Below are positions 45,600-54,880 of a stretch of 64,000 nucleotides of DNA, in pieces. Origin of the DNA: a phage. Made by a program: the position numbers and the translations under genes. Location: assembly GCA_011939005.1 (NCBI GenBank), contig GCA_011939005.1_4858.1; one strand, written 5' to 3'. The notes under the pieces were generated by a model, which saw only the letters and a list, made by a program, of their open reading frames with translations, searched no databases and was not told where the DNA came from. Each line of letters begins with the position of its first letter. The stretch's first letter is position 1.

Positions 45600-46919
45600 C
45601 TATAGCGCTGGATACCAAGGGACCGGGGCAGTTTTGCTATATGGACTGTAGACCATATAGCCGCCTTTGCTTGGGTCGTAATAGATGAAATAGTTACAGT
45701 AATTCGAGTAGAGGCTCGTCATTTGTTTGGATTGGTATCCGTTACGGTATAGTCCCTGGTAAGTAGTAGCTGATGTCGTGGTGGTGTAAGCAGTGTGGTA
45801 CAGTACCCGACGTCGGTTAGCAATACTTTCTTGGAACATCTCTTCGGTCGGAAACGCGTGTTGCATCAGCCGTCGAATACTCCCGGTACAGTATCGAGTG
45901 CCATACGGGGAACCCGTTAAATCATCCGCAGTTTCAGGCGATTCTGCCCGAGTCAACACGTACTCGTTTTGATACAACGTGACGCTCATCGAATTTGGGC
46001 TGGTTTCCCGGAAACTCATGTAACGCGCATAACGTTCGACGTCCTCTTCCTGCGCCAAATAGGCCACGTTATTTTTCGGACCAAAGTGCAAGAAGAACGG
46101 ACGGCGGAGATTACCCATATCCTCAGGTGGCGTCAACTTCACGCAGTAATTGTACTCCCCACGCATATCAGGGTCTAAGCCTGGGTTGTTATTGCGTGTA
46201 GCGACATACCCATAGAGGTCATACGGGTTATCAGTAGCAGCATTACCGATAGTGAACGGGATGCCCGACCATGCCGACAGCGCCGCGATGAACTGGGTCA
46301 TGTACGAGTTACTGTTTAGTCGCAGCGGGGTACCCATCTGGATATTGATTATCTGTTGGGTGTACATGCTCCAGTCGAGTCGATAGACCGTGCTGTAAAC
46401 ATCCATGGGTTCCCAAGCTCCGGTTTCGGTGGTGTGGTACAAGTCGGCAAAGCTGGGCTCTTCACGAATAAAGCTAATAGGAATGTGACCCGTGAATGCG
46501 GGGTTATCCGATTTAATCGCCACCGTCCGATCGCCCGTTGCCACAGTGATCATTGCAAACTGGCTGTCAGGATACGTTAAATCGTCAGCAGTAAGCACCA
46601 GCCCACAAGCTGCGGAAATCCGGTCGATGATGTCGCGGTAGACCGTCGCCCGATAAGGTACTTTAACCGGTACGCTGACGCCTTTAAAATACTGCGAAAG
46701 GTTTAAGCGGTCGTAGTAGATGTCCATCTTACCGCTGTAACCACCACCCTGTAATCCGTTTACCACGATACGGCTGTTGCGACCATCGCGCAAGGCATTG
46801 GTTAAAGGACCTTGTAATAACGCCACGTTGGTTGCGTTGAGCGGTTTCTTGAGCTGCGGGTTATCACGATTAATCTGATCCCAAACCAGTTGCATGACAG
46901 GTTTGTTATAGTTGATCAT
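45600..46919 (-). CDS. family paralog, C-type (439 aa)
   Basis: N-terminus MINYNKPVMQLVWDQINRDNP and VYYDRLNL motif shared with other members. Confidence 0.8.
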   Translation of the reverse strand: MINYNKPVMQLVWDQINRDNPQLKKPLNATNVALLQGPLTNALRDGRNSRIVVNGLQGGGYSGKMDIYYDRLNLSQYFKGVSVPVKVPYRATVYRDIIDRISAACGLVLTADDLTYPDSQFAMITVATGDRTVAIKSDNPAFTGHIPISFIREEPSFADLYHTTETGAWEPMDVYSTVYRLDWSMYTQQIINIQMGTPLRLNSNSYMTQFIAALSAWSGIPFTIGNAATDNPYDLYGYVATRNNNPGLDPDMRGEYNYCVKLTPPEDMGNLRRPFFLHFGPKNNVAYLAQEEDVERYARYMSFRETSPNSMSVTLYQNEYVLTRAESPETADDLTGSPYGTRYCTGSIRRLMQHAFPTEEMFQESIANRRRVLYHTAYTTTTSATTYQGLYRNGYQSKQMTSLYSNYCNYFIYYDPSKGGYMVYSPYSKTAPVPWYPAL

Positions 46920-46929
46920 TGCAACGTCC

Positions 46930-46965
46930 TAAAAAAGAAAATAGGCCCCGAAGGGCCTATTTTTA
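46930..46965 (-). terminator. rho-independent terminator
   Basis: Hairpin taggccc-cgaa-gggccta with T-run on minus strand. Confidence 0.55.
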
Positions 46966-47143
46966 GCTGTTATGGTGAAGTACGCTATCCCTTTAACTCC
47001 AGCTGCTTCGACGTCAGTTTGGATAACCACGCGGCCGTACGCTTTATTAGCGAAATTGAATCAGCGCTGATTCGACCTGCGAGTTCAGGGTTATCCCTTA
47101 CGACTTGTTGGCAGAGCAGTTCCAGTGCGCTATACAATCCCAT
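46966..47143 (-). pseudogene. decayed remnant of a family paralog (N-terminal about 30 codons joined out of frame to C-terminal about 28 codons)
   Basis: Intact RBS and ATG at 47143 encode MGLYSALELLCQQVVRDNPELAGRISADSI (compare MGLYTEPSMELLCQQIVRDNPGLAGKITADSI at 50555); region 46965-47070 is about 80 percent identical to 54051-54155 (3' end of 54050..54877) with a 1-nt deletion. Confidence 0.5.
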
Positions 47144-47154
47144 GAAGTCTCCTG

Positions 47155-48054
47155 TTAAGGCAGAACGAGTTCAAGTACCGCGATAGAACGTATTGTATTG
47201 GTTTCGTATCTACCGTACGACGGCGACTCTGGGTAGGGTGGACGGTTGTACCACTGATTGTAAATGTCAGACATAGCCGCAAAGAATGCAGATTGTTGGG
47301 CAGTAGTCGAATCGATTGAACCGACCGGAAGGTCGTCAAAGCGCGGCAACTGCCCACTGTAGTTGTACAGGCGCGCGAAAGTGTTAAACCACTCACCGTC
47401 GAGATACAACTCACTGTTACCGCTTCTAACGTTAGTCGTCCAGAATCTGTAGTCGAACAAATACGGCAAGCGCACCACGTATTCGTAACCGTTCTTCGCC
47501 ACCGTGCGGCGTTGGTTACGTGCAGTGGCCCAGCTCGGTACAAATCCATTGCCATCCTGGCCGTACATCAGCCCCTGGTTATAAATGAACTGCGGGCTAG
47601 CGTATATTATCGAGTTATCGGACATAAACAGAATACGGTTTTTGTAAATGAATTTATGCCAGGCACCAACGGCGGAACTGAACATATTCACCACGAGGCT
47701 GTTCAGTTCCGCGTTAGTGAATAACTCTGCTGGCGTTACTGTTCCAAAGTATCCAGCGTGCCAGTCGCCGTATAACAGCTTCTGGGGGCCAGGCCCGGTG
47801 TCTAAAAAGAACCCTTGGGCGGTAGGGGTGTTGAAGACACGCTCACCGTCTTTAACCGCAGCTATCCAATAACGGTAAGTGGTGTTGTTTTCCACAGCGT
47901 TGTCTTCGTACGATGTAGCGTCACCCGGAAGGGTTGCCAGAGGCGTTCCCGGTGCATTAACATCAATGGTGGCGTTGCCCGGCGTCTTGCGATAGATTTC
48001 AATGTTATCGAGCGCCTGTGGCTTCCGTTGTGCAAAGTTTAATGTAATAGGCAT
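47155..48054 (-). CDS. module protein B2 (299 aa), FN3-like N-terminus
   Basis: ATG at 48054 with GAGGAT RBS; paralog of 50569..51492 (IEIYRK...TYRYW, DTGPGPQ..GYFGTV). Confidence 0.75.
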   Translation of the reverse strand: MPITLNFAQRKPQALDNIEIYRKTPGNATIDVNAPGTPLATLPGDATSYEDNAVENNTTYRYWIAAVKDGERVFNTPTAQGFFLDTGPGPQKLLYGDWHAGYFGTVTPAELFTNAELNSLVVNMFSSAVGAWHKFIYKNRILFMSDNSIIYASPQFIYNQGLMYGQDGNGFVPSWATARNQRRTVAKNGYEYVVRLPYLFDYRFWTTNVRSGNSELYLDGEWFNTFARLYNYSGQLPRFDDLPVGSIDSTTAQQSAFFAAMSDIYNQWYNRPPYPESPSYGRYETNTIRSIAVLELVLP

Positions 48055-48056
48055 GA

Positions 48057-49046
48057 TTAATCCTCGATAAGCTCGATTACTGGAATCCAAATACCGCCCA
48101 CGGTCGCACCAGGGACATGTTGTATACGCTGGAGGTTATCCACGGTATCAGTGGAATCCGTCGTCGCTGTTCCGCGCGTCAGCCCCAACTTACGGTCTGG
48201 GTCAAACTCCTGACAATGCACCCCACGGCCACTCACCACCGATCCATTTCCGAATATGCTGATGTTCGACCGCGTTAACAGGGACATCACTTTTTTCTTT
48301 GCTGGGAACCAGGTACTTATCCCATAGATGAGTCGGTTGTATTCGCTATCGGCAGTATACGGTGACACGTCATGGATTTTTCCGTCCCACTGTGCATCGA
48401 GCGCCATGACCGGACTTTCACTGTCGTGTGTTAAACCGCGCAGCAATCGCATCCGATAGCGGTCACCCAACCACGTAAACTCCCCAGACTGGTCAACGTC
48501 AGGTAAATCACCATGACCGCCTTCCGGACCAGGTCCCGCCACACCGTACAGCAAACCCGCGTTATAAATCGCATCACGGCTATACAGCGTGTTGCCGTTC
48601 ACACGAAGACCACTAAGCAGATACAGAATTTTACCGTCTAGCTGGAACTTAAACAAGTACAGCTTAACAGTTGGGTCAATTCCAGAAAGGGCCACAAACC
48701 CTGGCGGATAATCACCCACGCTAGGCAATTCATCGTACGCCACATTCCCGTAATACGCAAAGCGGTCATCACCGTACTGTGGAGTCACGATGCCGATACC
48801 GCGACGGTTCTGAATCAGAATTGATTTCTGCGGACTGAACAGTGTCCGGCTTCCCACTGTCACGGTGGTCATGTAGTAATACGTTGTCCCCAGTATCGCT
48901 GTTCGGTCAGTATACTCAGTTTCCCCGTTAGTGAACGTTGCCAGAGGTTCAGGTAATGCCGTACGCACCAGAGGTTTGGTGTCGCGGTACAGCTTCACGG
49001 TCGAAGCCCCAGGGTTATTGTTCGTCCAACGAATTGTAAAAGCCAT
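48057..49046 (-). CDS. module protein A2 (329 aa), FN3-like N-terminus
   Basis: ATG with AGAGGTA RBS; paralog of 51502..52500. Confidence 0.8.
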   Translation of the reverse strand: MAFTIRWTNNNPGASTVKLYRDTKPLVRTALPEPLATFTNGETEYTDRTAILGTTYYYMTTVTVGSRTLFSPQKSILIQNRRGIGIVTPQYGDDRFAYYGNVAYDELPSVGDYPPGFVALSGIDPTVKLYLFKFQLDGKILYLLSGLRVNGNTLYSRDAIYNAGLLYGVAGPGPEGGHGDLPDVDQSGEFTWLGDRYRMRLLRGLTHDSESPVMALDAQWDGKIHDVSPYTADSEYNRLIYGISTWFPAKKKVMSLLTRSNISIFGNGSVVSGRGVHCQEFDPDRKLGLTRGTATTDSTDTVDNLQRIQHVPGATVGGIWIPVIELIED

Positions 49047-49058
49047 TGTCGTTACCTC

Positions 49059-50555
49059 TTATTGGAATCCATCCAACTCACCGTTAGTATCGCCCAGAGT
49101 AATTTTTGAAGGTTGGGCGATTTGGTCAGTCGTGAGAATAATCGGTCTAATCTTAACGCTAGCCATGCCTGTTACCGCGACGGAATATGCACGTTCATCA
49201 TTGTCCGTCGTGGCAAGCAGAGGACGTGGTGAGTCTGATGACGCTTCCCGTACCCAGGCAGGGGTGGCAGTTTCGGTGTTGTCGGTGTTGAAAACTAACG
49301 GACGTGGATTCGCTGCAGCGGAGGTTTCCGTAATCGGCACCACACGAAGCGATTCATTTTGGTCGATGTCCGTCAGAGTAACCACGGACGGTGCCCATGT
49401 TAGTTCTGCACCTTCGTCAATCAACGGCACAGGTTCATTGGCAACATCAATCATCTCCAAGATTGGCCAAAAGCCAGAAGAGGTGTAGATGTAGGTGTAT
49501 GAACGATAGCTCCCACTGATAGACTGGTAATACGCTTGGTCGGCACCGAACTGGTGTCGTAACCACACGTAATCCAGGAAGTTAGCATCAGTCGTGCTAA
49601 GAGTTCCCCATTCCCCATATACGTTCACCGACCCCAATTTGCTGGTCAGTGACAGGATAGAGGTGATTGACGGCGGTTTACTCCAATCAGGCGCGGCGGC
49701 GTTCTCGGTGTAATACGGGATAGACATTCTGAAATAATGCGTTCCTTCATCATCCCGTTTTACCATGTATTTCAACTGTTCAACATCGACAGGTGTGTAA
49801 GTCGACTTCGGGCGAGGTCCTGCGTCTCCGGAATCAAATATTGCACCCTTGTTGTACAGGTCTGCCCAGGTAACGTTGCAAATCGCACGGGTCGGAACAA
49901 ACACTACCGCCCCATTCAGAAAGAATTTGAGCCACTTGATAGCGTAGCGGTTAGGCCAGTTGGTGCCGTTATAGAGGGCATACACCATTTCATCAGATGT
50001 GAATAACTCTTCCGCGCTTACCAGCCCAAAAAATCCGTATAACTCATTACCGGCCATTAATCCTTTTGGCCCAGGGCCCGACTTCGGATACATCGCAATC
50101 GGTTCGTAAACATAGGTCATCTTGCATGACCCGGTATAGCACAAGGAGTTAGCGTGCGCCGTCAGAGTTACAGTTTCTGGCGTAGCGTATTTCATTAATG
50201 CAACGTTTGGACTGGTGATGTCACTCGCGGTTAAGTTCAACCCGTTCAATTCATTGAACGCCGGTAACGCTTCCGCATGGGTTTGTGCGCTACGTGGAAT
50301 ACTCACCATCTTCGGGCCAGACTTGAACAGACTGGCCAGATTCAACCGGTCGTAATAGACCGTTATTTCCCCAGCAAATCCTTTACCGGGTTTACCTACC
50401 AACGTAATCTGTGTGTTTCGTCCGTTAACGTTTTTCGCAACAGGAACACCCCTGACCCCAATGGAGTCAGCGGTGATTTTTCCTGCTAAACCGGGATTGT
50501 CACGCACAATTTGTTGGCAGAGCAGTTCCATTGAAGGTTCTGTATACAACCCCAT
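49059..50555 (-). CDS. module protein C2 (498 aa), family N-terminal domain, C-terminus ...NGELDGFQ
   Basis: ATG with GGAG RBS; TVYYDRLNL motif; about 27-aa C-terminal repeats. Confidence 0.8.
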   Translation of the reverse strand: MGLYTEPSMELLCQQIVRDNPGLAGKITADSIGVRGVPVAKNVNGRNTQITLVGKPGKGFAGEITVYYDRLNLASLFKSGPKMVSIPRSAQTHAEALPAFNELNGLNLTASDITSPNVALMKYATPETVTLTAHANSLCYTGSCKMTYVYEPIAMYPKSGPGPKGLMAGNELYGFFGLVSAEELFTSDEMVYALYNGTNWPNRYAIKWLKFFLNGAVVFVPTRAICNVTWADLYNKGAIFDSGDAGPRPKSTYTPVDVEQLKYMVKRDDEGTHYFRMSIPYYTENAAAPDWSKPPSITSILSLTSKLGSVNVYGEWGTLSTTDANFLDYVWLRHQFGADQAYYQSISGSYRSYTYIYTSSGFWPILEMIDVANEPVPLIDEGAELTWAPSVVTLTDIDQNESLRVVPITETSAAANPRPLVFNTDNTETATPAWVREASSDSPRPLLATTDNDERAYSVAVTGMASVKIRPIILTTDQIAQPSKITLGDTNGELDGFQ

Positions 50556-50568
50556 GGCTTTTACTCCG

Positions 50569-51492
50569 TTACGGTAAGACTAATTCAAAAGCAAAGAATA
50601 TCGTGGCCGAGTTCCCGACACCTGCGGTGTTACTAATCACCATAGGCACGGTGCCATACGCATAAGCGAATATGTTGTTGCTCCACAAAGGAGCTAATAC
50701 AGCGGCACCTGACTCATTCGGCTGCACAGTCGCGCCTTGTCTTGCAAGTGAGTCAATCGCACCAAGACCGAGGGCTGCGAACTGTGCACCGACAGGATAC
50801 AAACGGCCCATTGTGTTTCGCCATTCACCGTTGTTGTAATCCTGTCCTGAGAGAACAGCGTCGTACGGGACTGCGTAAGGTAATCGGATACGGTACGTAC
50901 GACCATCCTTCGTGACCTTACAATCTTGTTTAGTCGCCGTGGCTCCCTGCGGAACAATACTTCCGACATCATCGGTCCCGTACATCATACCGTACTGATA
51001 CGCCATTTGTACCGAGTTGGTTTTCGAATGCATCGTCGCTGGGAAGAAGACAATTCTCCCACGGAAAATAAACTTGTGCCATTCCTGAGGGTCGTAGACA
51101 AACATGTTTCCCTGCTGTGCAGTCAACATAAGCTTCAGCTCGGCGGTATTAAAGAACTCGGTATTCGGTACTGTACCGAAATAACCTGAAGCCCAGTCAC
51201 CACGCAAAATAGTTTGCGGACCCGGCCCGGTGTCCGGATAGAATCCTTGCGTAATCGGATTGCCGATAAGTCGTTCACTGTCCTTCACAGCAGCTACCCA
51301 ATAACGATAGGTTGTATTCTTCGTCAGAGTATCGATATTATCTACGAACTCTACCGCGTTGCCCGATAAAGTTGCGTGGGGTGTGCCTGGATTGTAAACG
51401 TCGATTGTTGCGTTCCAACCTTCCTTGCGGTAGATTTCAATCGCGGTAAGACCTTTGCTGGCTTGGGACGGCCAGCTTAACCGTATAGTCAT
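50569..51492 (-). CDS. module protein B1 (307 aa)
   Basis: ATG with AAGGGG RBS; paralog of B2. Confidence 0.8.
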   Translation of the reverse strand: MTIRLSWPSQASKGLTAIEIYRKEGWNATIDVYNPGTPHATLSGNAVEFVDNIDTLTKNTTYRYWVAAVKDSERLIGNPITQGFYPDTGPGPQTILRGDWASGYFGTVPNTEFFNTAELKLMLTAQQGNMFVYDPQEWHKFIFRGRIVFFPATMHSKTNSVQMAYQYGMMYGTDDVGSIVPQGATATKQDCKVTKDGRTYRIRLPYAVPYDAVLSGQDYNNGEWRNTMGRLYPVGAQFAALGLGAIDSLARQGATVQPNESGAAVLAPLWSNNIFAYAYGTVPMVISNTAGVGNSATIFFAFELVLP

Positions 51493-51501
51493 GACTGCCC
51501 C

Positions 51502-52500
51502 TTACTCGACCAGTTCAAAGATAGGGTAGTAACGCCCTTTCGTGGTGGGTGATAAATAGTTTATACGCTGAATCGTGGATACGGGTGTTCCACCGGCATT
51601 GTTAAAAATGCCACGATGGACCACACGGTCTTCCGCGGTGTCGTGTTCCATACAGAGAACTCCGGCACCGAAATACGTTGCCGAGGTTCCCAAATTAGCC
51701 TGCCCCAGATAAGTATAACTGTTCGCTGCCCAGTTAGCCCAACGCTGTTTCCTCGGCACCTCGTTAACCATCGTGTAAAGTAAATCGTTATACTCACACG
51801 GGTTGGTTAGAGAAGCGATTTCATCGTGGGTTTTCCCATTGTAGTCAGCTACGAAAGGATACGCAGGAGACTCGCTAGACGTCGTCAGGCCGCGAGGAAG
51901 ACGCATAATGTACGTATCCCCTTTGTGGACTATCTTAGCGTCTTGTGGAGTGGCCGGTAGCGTTCCATGGCCGTTCTCTGGGCCAGCATCGCCCGTACCA
52001 TAGACTAAACCAGCTTGATAGAGGGAAGCCCAGTCCACAGGCGTATTCGGGAACTGCGACGTGTTAGATAGCATGTAATAGATCTTCCCGTTTCGGGTAA
52101 ATTTATACAACGCCACACGATCGGTTAACAGGTTAGGGAACATCGCCAAAAATGCAGGTGGCATTTGCGACGGAAGCCACTGTTCGTCGTAAGGAACCTC
52201 ACCCATAAACCCTAAACGGTCGTTGCCGTTTAGAATAGTCATTGGGCCTATCCCGCGTTTTACCTCAATGGTATATTTCTGGCTAGACGACGCTACTGTT
52301 TTACCGTTGGCGGTTACCGTCAGAAGGTAATAATAGGTTGCGCCTGGTGTGGCGGTGGTATCACGCCATTCTGTCTCGCCGTTTGAGAGCGTTGCAATCG
52401 GTTCAGGCAAAGCGCTTGGTGTGATATCTTTAACATCACGGTAGATTTTTACTACCGTAGAGATTACGTTTGGATTTTTCCAACGCAAAGTAAAAGACAT
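51502..52500 (-). CDS. module protein A1 (332 aa)
   Basis: ATG with AGAGGTA RBS; paralog of A2. Confidence 0.8.
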   Translation of the reverse strand: MSFTLRWKNPNVISTVVKIYRDVKDITPSALPEPIATLSNGETEWRDTTATPGATYYYLLTVTANGKTVASSSQKYTIEVKRGIGPMTILNGNDRLGFMGEVPYDEQWLPSQMPPAFLAMFPNLLTDRVALYKFTRNGKIYYMLSNTSQFPNTPVDWASLYQAGLVYGTGDAGPENGHGTLPATPQDAKIVHKGDTYIMRLPRGLTTSSESPAYPFVADYNGKTHDEIASLTNPCEYNDLLYTMVNEVPRKQRWANWAANSYTYLGQANLGTSATYFGAGVLCMEHDTAEDRVVHRGIFNNAGGTPVSTIQRINYLSPTTKGRYYPIFELVE

Positions 52501-52511
52501 AGATGATACCT

Positions 52512-54002
52512 CTACTTAAAGCCGTCCAGTTCACCGTTAAGAGACGTTAACGTTGTCTTGTCAGGGGGCGTATACATTTCAGCGGTAGCCGCAATAGGTT
52601 GAAAATCGACAGTCTTCGGCAGCATTAATGCAGGCGGATGCAGTGCGAAACTGTTTTCTGAAGTAACGGCCACAGGTTGAAAATCGACAGTCTTCGGCAG
52701 CATTAATGCAGGCGGATGCAGTGCGAAACTGTTTTCTGAAGTAACAACTACCGGTTCGAAATCGGTAGTATCTGGATTACCGAGCACCAACGGCTTGAGA
52801 CTAAACGTGTTTTCTGCGGACACGCTGCACGGTTGGAGGCTGTAATCTACCGCGCCGTGGATATCTTCTAAGCCCAAGGTAACCGTGGACTTATCCACCA
52901 ACTCCAGCACCGGGAACCAGTAGTAGTTGCCCGCACTCGATGATTTTTCTAAGTTTGTCCAACTTGCTCCAGACAACGTCGCCATGCGATGATTGGCGAC
53001 GTTGGTGTTCAGTGTATCTTTCAATAAACAGAACAGCGTCCAGTAACTGTTAATCGGTTTGTCCCACGTTCCATTATACAGAAAGTTGAACATCTCAAAC
53101 TCACTACCTGCTAACTCAGCGGCAGTTGGGGTGCCGCTGACGTATGGGTCTTTCCCGGCACTAGGTAGACGAACGCGGAAGTAAAACCTTTTGTTGTCTG
53201 CGCCTGTAAAGCTAATGATGCGTCCCTGGTTAACGGGCGTCGCCGCAGGGTATTTACCATTATCATCTGTTCCGTAAACGAGTCCGTTTGTATATAACGT
53301 ATTCCAGGAGATGGAGCTAGCGACAGGACTGATCGGAAGGTAAATAACCCTACCCTGGTAAAAGAACTTGTACCAACCTTCGGCACCAGAATGTACCGGT
53401 GGTAACGCACCGGCCGATATAGTGGCATTAAGAAGTTGAGAGTGTGTAAACAACTCTGCAATTGTGGTTGTTCCGAAATAACCCGCGATAGTGTTACCTT
53501 GCAGCAACGTTTTAGGGCCAGGTCCAGAATCGGGGTAAATTGCACCGCTCGGGACGGTATAACGTATCGTTAAGCTGCCTATAAACGCAGGGCAATTACC
53601 TGAGATATTTAATTTCAACGTCTGCGGCGAAGCGCTCGGTTTAGGTAAACTTGCGTCAGGTGACTGCAAATCAGAAGCAACTAATGTAAGCCCCAATGCG
53701 TCGTTTATTGCAGGTAGCGCGTCTCGTACCGTTAAGACTGTATCTTTGATAGCCACAGTCGGCACAAAATTAAATAAAGTGGCCAGGTTAATCCGGTCGT
53801 AGTACACGGTAACATTACCTTGTACACCTGTCCCTGGATACCCGGTGAAAACAGCTTTGGTGTTACGTTGGTTTAACGTAACTGAAGTTGGGCCGCTGGT
53901 TAAAGCAGCGATAGCCGGTGTCAGCTTAACAACTAAATCAGGGTTATCCCGATTGACTTGGTCGTATACAAGCAGTGCCGACTCCTTCGAGTAAAATAGC
54001 AT
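52512..54002 (-). CDS. module protein C1 (496 aa), C-terminus ...NGELDGFK, contains 78-bp tandem duplication
   Basis: ATG with GGAG RBS; family N-terminus MLFYSKESALLVYDQVNRDNP; TVYYDRINL. Confidence 0.8.
   Translation of the reverse strand: MLFYSKESALLVYDQVNRDNPDLVVKLTPAIAALTSGPTSVTLNQRNTKAVFTGYPGTGVQGNVTVYYDRINLATLFNFVPTVAIKDTVLTVRDALPAINDALGLTLVASDLQSPDASLPKPSASPQTLKLNISGNCPAFIGSLTIRYTVPSGAIYPDSGPGPKTLLQGNTIAGYFGTTTIAELFTHSQLLNATISAGALPPVHSGAEGWYKFFYQGRVIYLPISPVASSISWNTLYTNGLVYGTDDNGKYPAATPVNQGRIISFTGADNKRFYFRVRLPSAGKDPYVSGTPTAAELAGSEFEMFNFLYNGTWDKPINSYWTLFCLLKDTLNTNVANHRMATLSGASWTNLEKSSSAGNYYWFPVLELVDKSTVTLGLEDIHGAVDYSLQPCSVSAENTFSLKPLVLGNPDTTDFEPVVVTSENSFALHPPALMLPKTVDFQPVAVTSENSFALHPPALMLPKTVDFQPIAATAEMYTPPDKTTLTSLNGELDGFK
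52597..52752 (-). repeat. near-identical in-frame tandem duplication (2 x 78 bp) inside CDS 52512..54002
   Basis: ggttgaaaatcgacagtcttcggcagcattaatgcaggcggatgcagtgcgaaactgttttctgaagtaac occurs twice with period 78 bp; encodes TSENSFALHPPALMLPKTVDFQPVAV twice. Confidence 0.8.
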
Positions 54003-54017
54003 AGGGACTCCGCATCG

Positions 54018-54046
54018 CCAAAAGAGGGGGCTCCGAAGAGCCCCTA
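54018..54046 (-). terminator. rho-independent terminator
   Basis: Hairpin ggggctc-cgaa-gagcccc followed by short T-run on minus strand. Confidence 0.5.
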
Positions 54047-54049
54047 CAC

Positions 54050-54877
54050 TTAGCTGTTATAGTGGTAGTACGCCACGCCTTTCACGCCTTCCTCATCGAT
54101 GCCCGTTTGGACAACCACGCGGTCGTACGATTTGTTAGCGAACTGAGCGGTGGATGTCGGCACATCCTGAACGGTGTTGCTGTTCAGTGGCCCCGCGTAG
54201 TTCGGAATACCCAGGTCATCCAACACCTTACGCAATCCAGCCCACTGCGGTAGGCCAGAAGCATCTACTGTCAGTAGGTTTTTATACGCGGTAAAGTCAA
54301 TACCATACGTCAACAAATCAATACACTTCTTACCGAGAGACGGTGAAATAGGCTCTTGAATCGCATTCAAGACATCCGATTTCACCGAAGTGTCTAGTAC
54401 CGGTAAACCACGGTTATAACGCAACGTCGCAGAACCGATATAAGCCGGAGATGTCGATAGCGCTACGATGTTCTGTGTATTGGTGTAATTTGGGGTATTG
54501 GGACCCGCCAGTGGGAGGTTATAGATATCGATTGCAGAGAAGTTTACTCCGTAAGTATCCAAGAGCACCGAAAAGGCTGAATGGAGGTTGGGCGCGTCAA
54601 ACGTGACGAACTGCGCCTGGACAGAAGGACCCCACGGCAATAACCGCGCTAAGTTCACACGGTCGTAGTAAACGGTGATTGCGTCTCGAAATCCGGAACC
54701 CTGAATACCGCGCAAGCGTGCCGACGTATTGCGGTTGTTGGAAGCTGCATTAACGGGAACCTGTGTCACTTTCTCCACGTAGCAGTTTGCCGGCGACGCT
54801 TTAATAGGTAGGTTTGGGTTATCCCGGTTAATGAGGTCAAAGACCAACTCGTTTGACGGCTTAGCATAGTTGATCAT
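54050..54877 (-). CDS. family paralog P7 (275 aa)
   Basis: ATG at 54877 with GAGGTA RBS; N-terminus MINYAKPSNELVFDLINRDNP; TVYYDRVNL. Confidence 0.75.
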   Translation of the reverse strand: MINYAKPSNELVFDLINRDNPNLPIKASPANCYVEKVTQVPVNAASNNRNTSARLRGIQGSGFRDAITVYYDRVNLARLLPWGPSVQAQFVTFDAPNLHSAFSVLLDTYGVNFSAIDIYNLPLAGPNTPNYTNTQNIVALSTSPAYIGSATLRYNRGLPVLDTSVKSDVLNAIQEPISPSLGKKCIDLLTYGIDFTAYKNLLTVDASGLPQWAGLRKVLDDLGIPNYAGPLNSNTVQDVPTSTAQFANKSYDRVVVQTGIDEEGVKGVAYYHYNS

Positions 54878-54880
54878 CAA

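Noticed and set aside
47130-47555. 141-aa minus-strand ORF overlapping gene B2
   Set aside because: Out-of-frame overlap with the paralog-supported gene 47155..48054; the region 46966..47143 is better explained as a decayed paralog remnant.
52597-52752. Possible CRISPR-like or intergenic repeat array
   Set aside because: The repeat is in frame inside a CDS, has only two near-identical units with no spacer structure, and no cas genes are present.
53111-53545. 144-aa ORF inside gene 52512..54002
   Set aside because: Alternative frame of a well-supported family gene.
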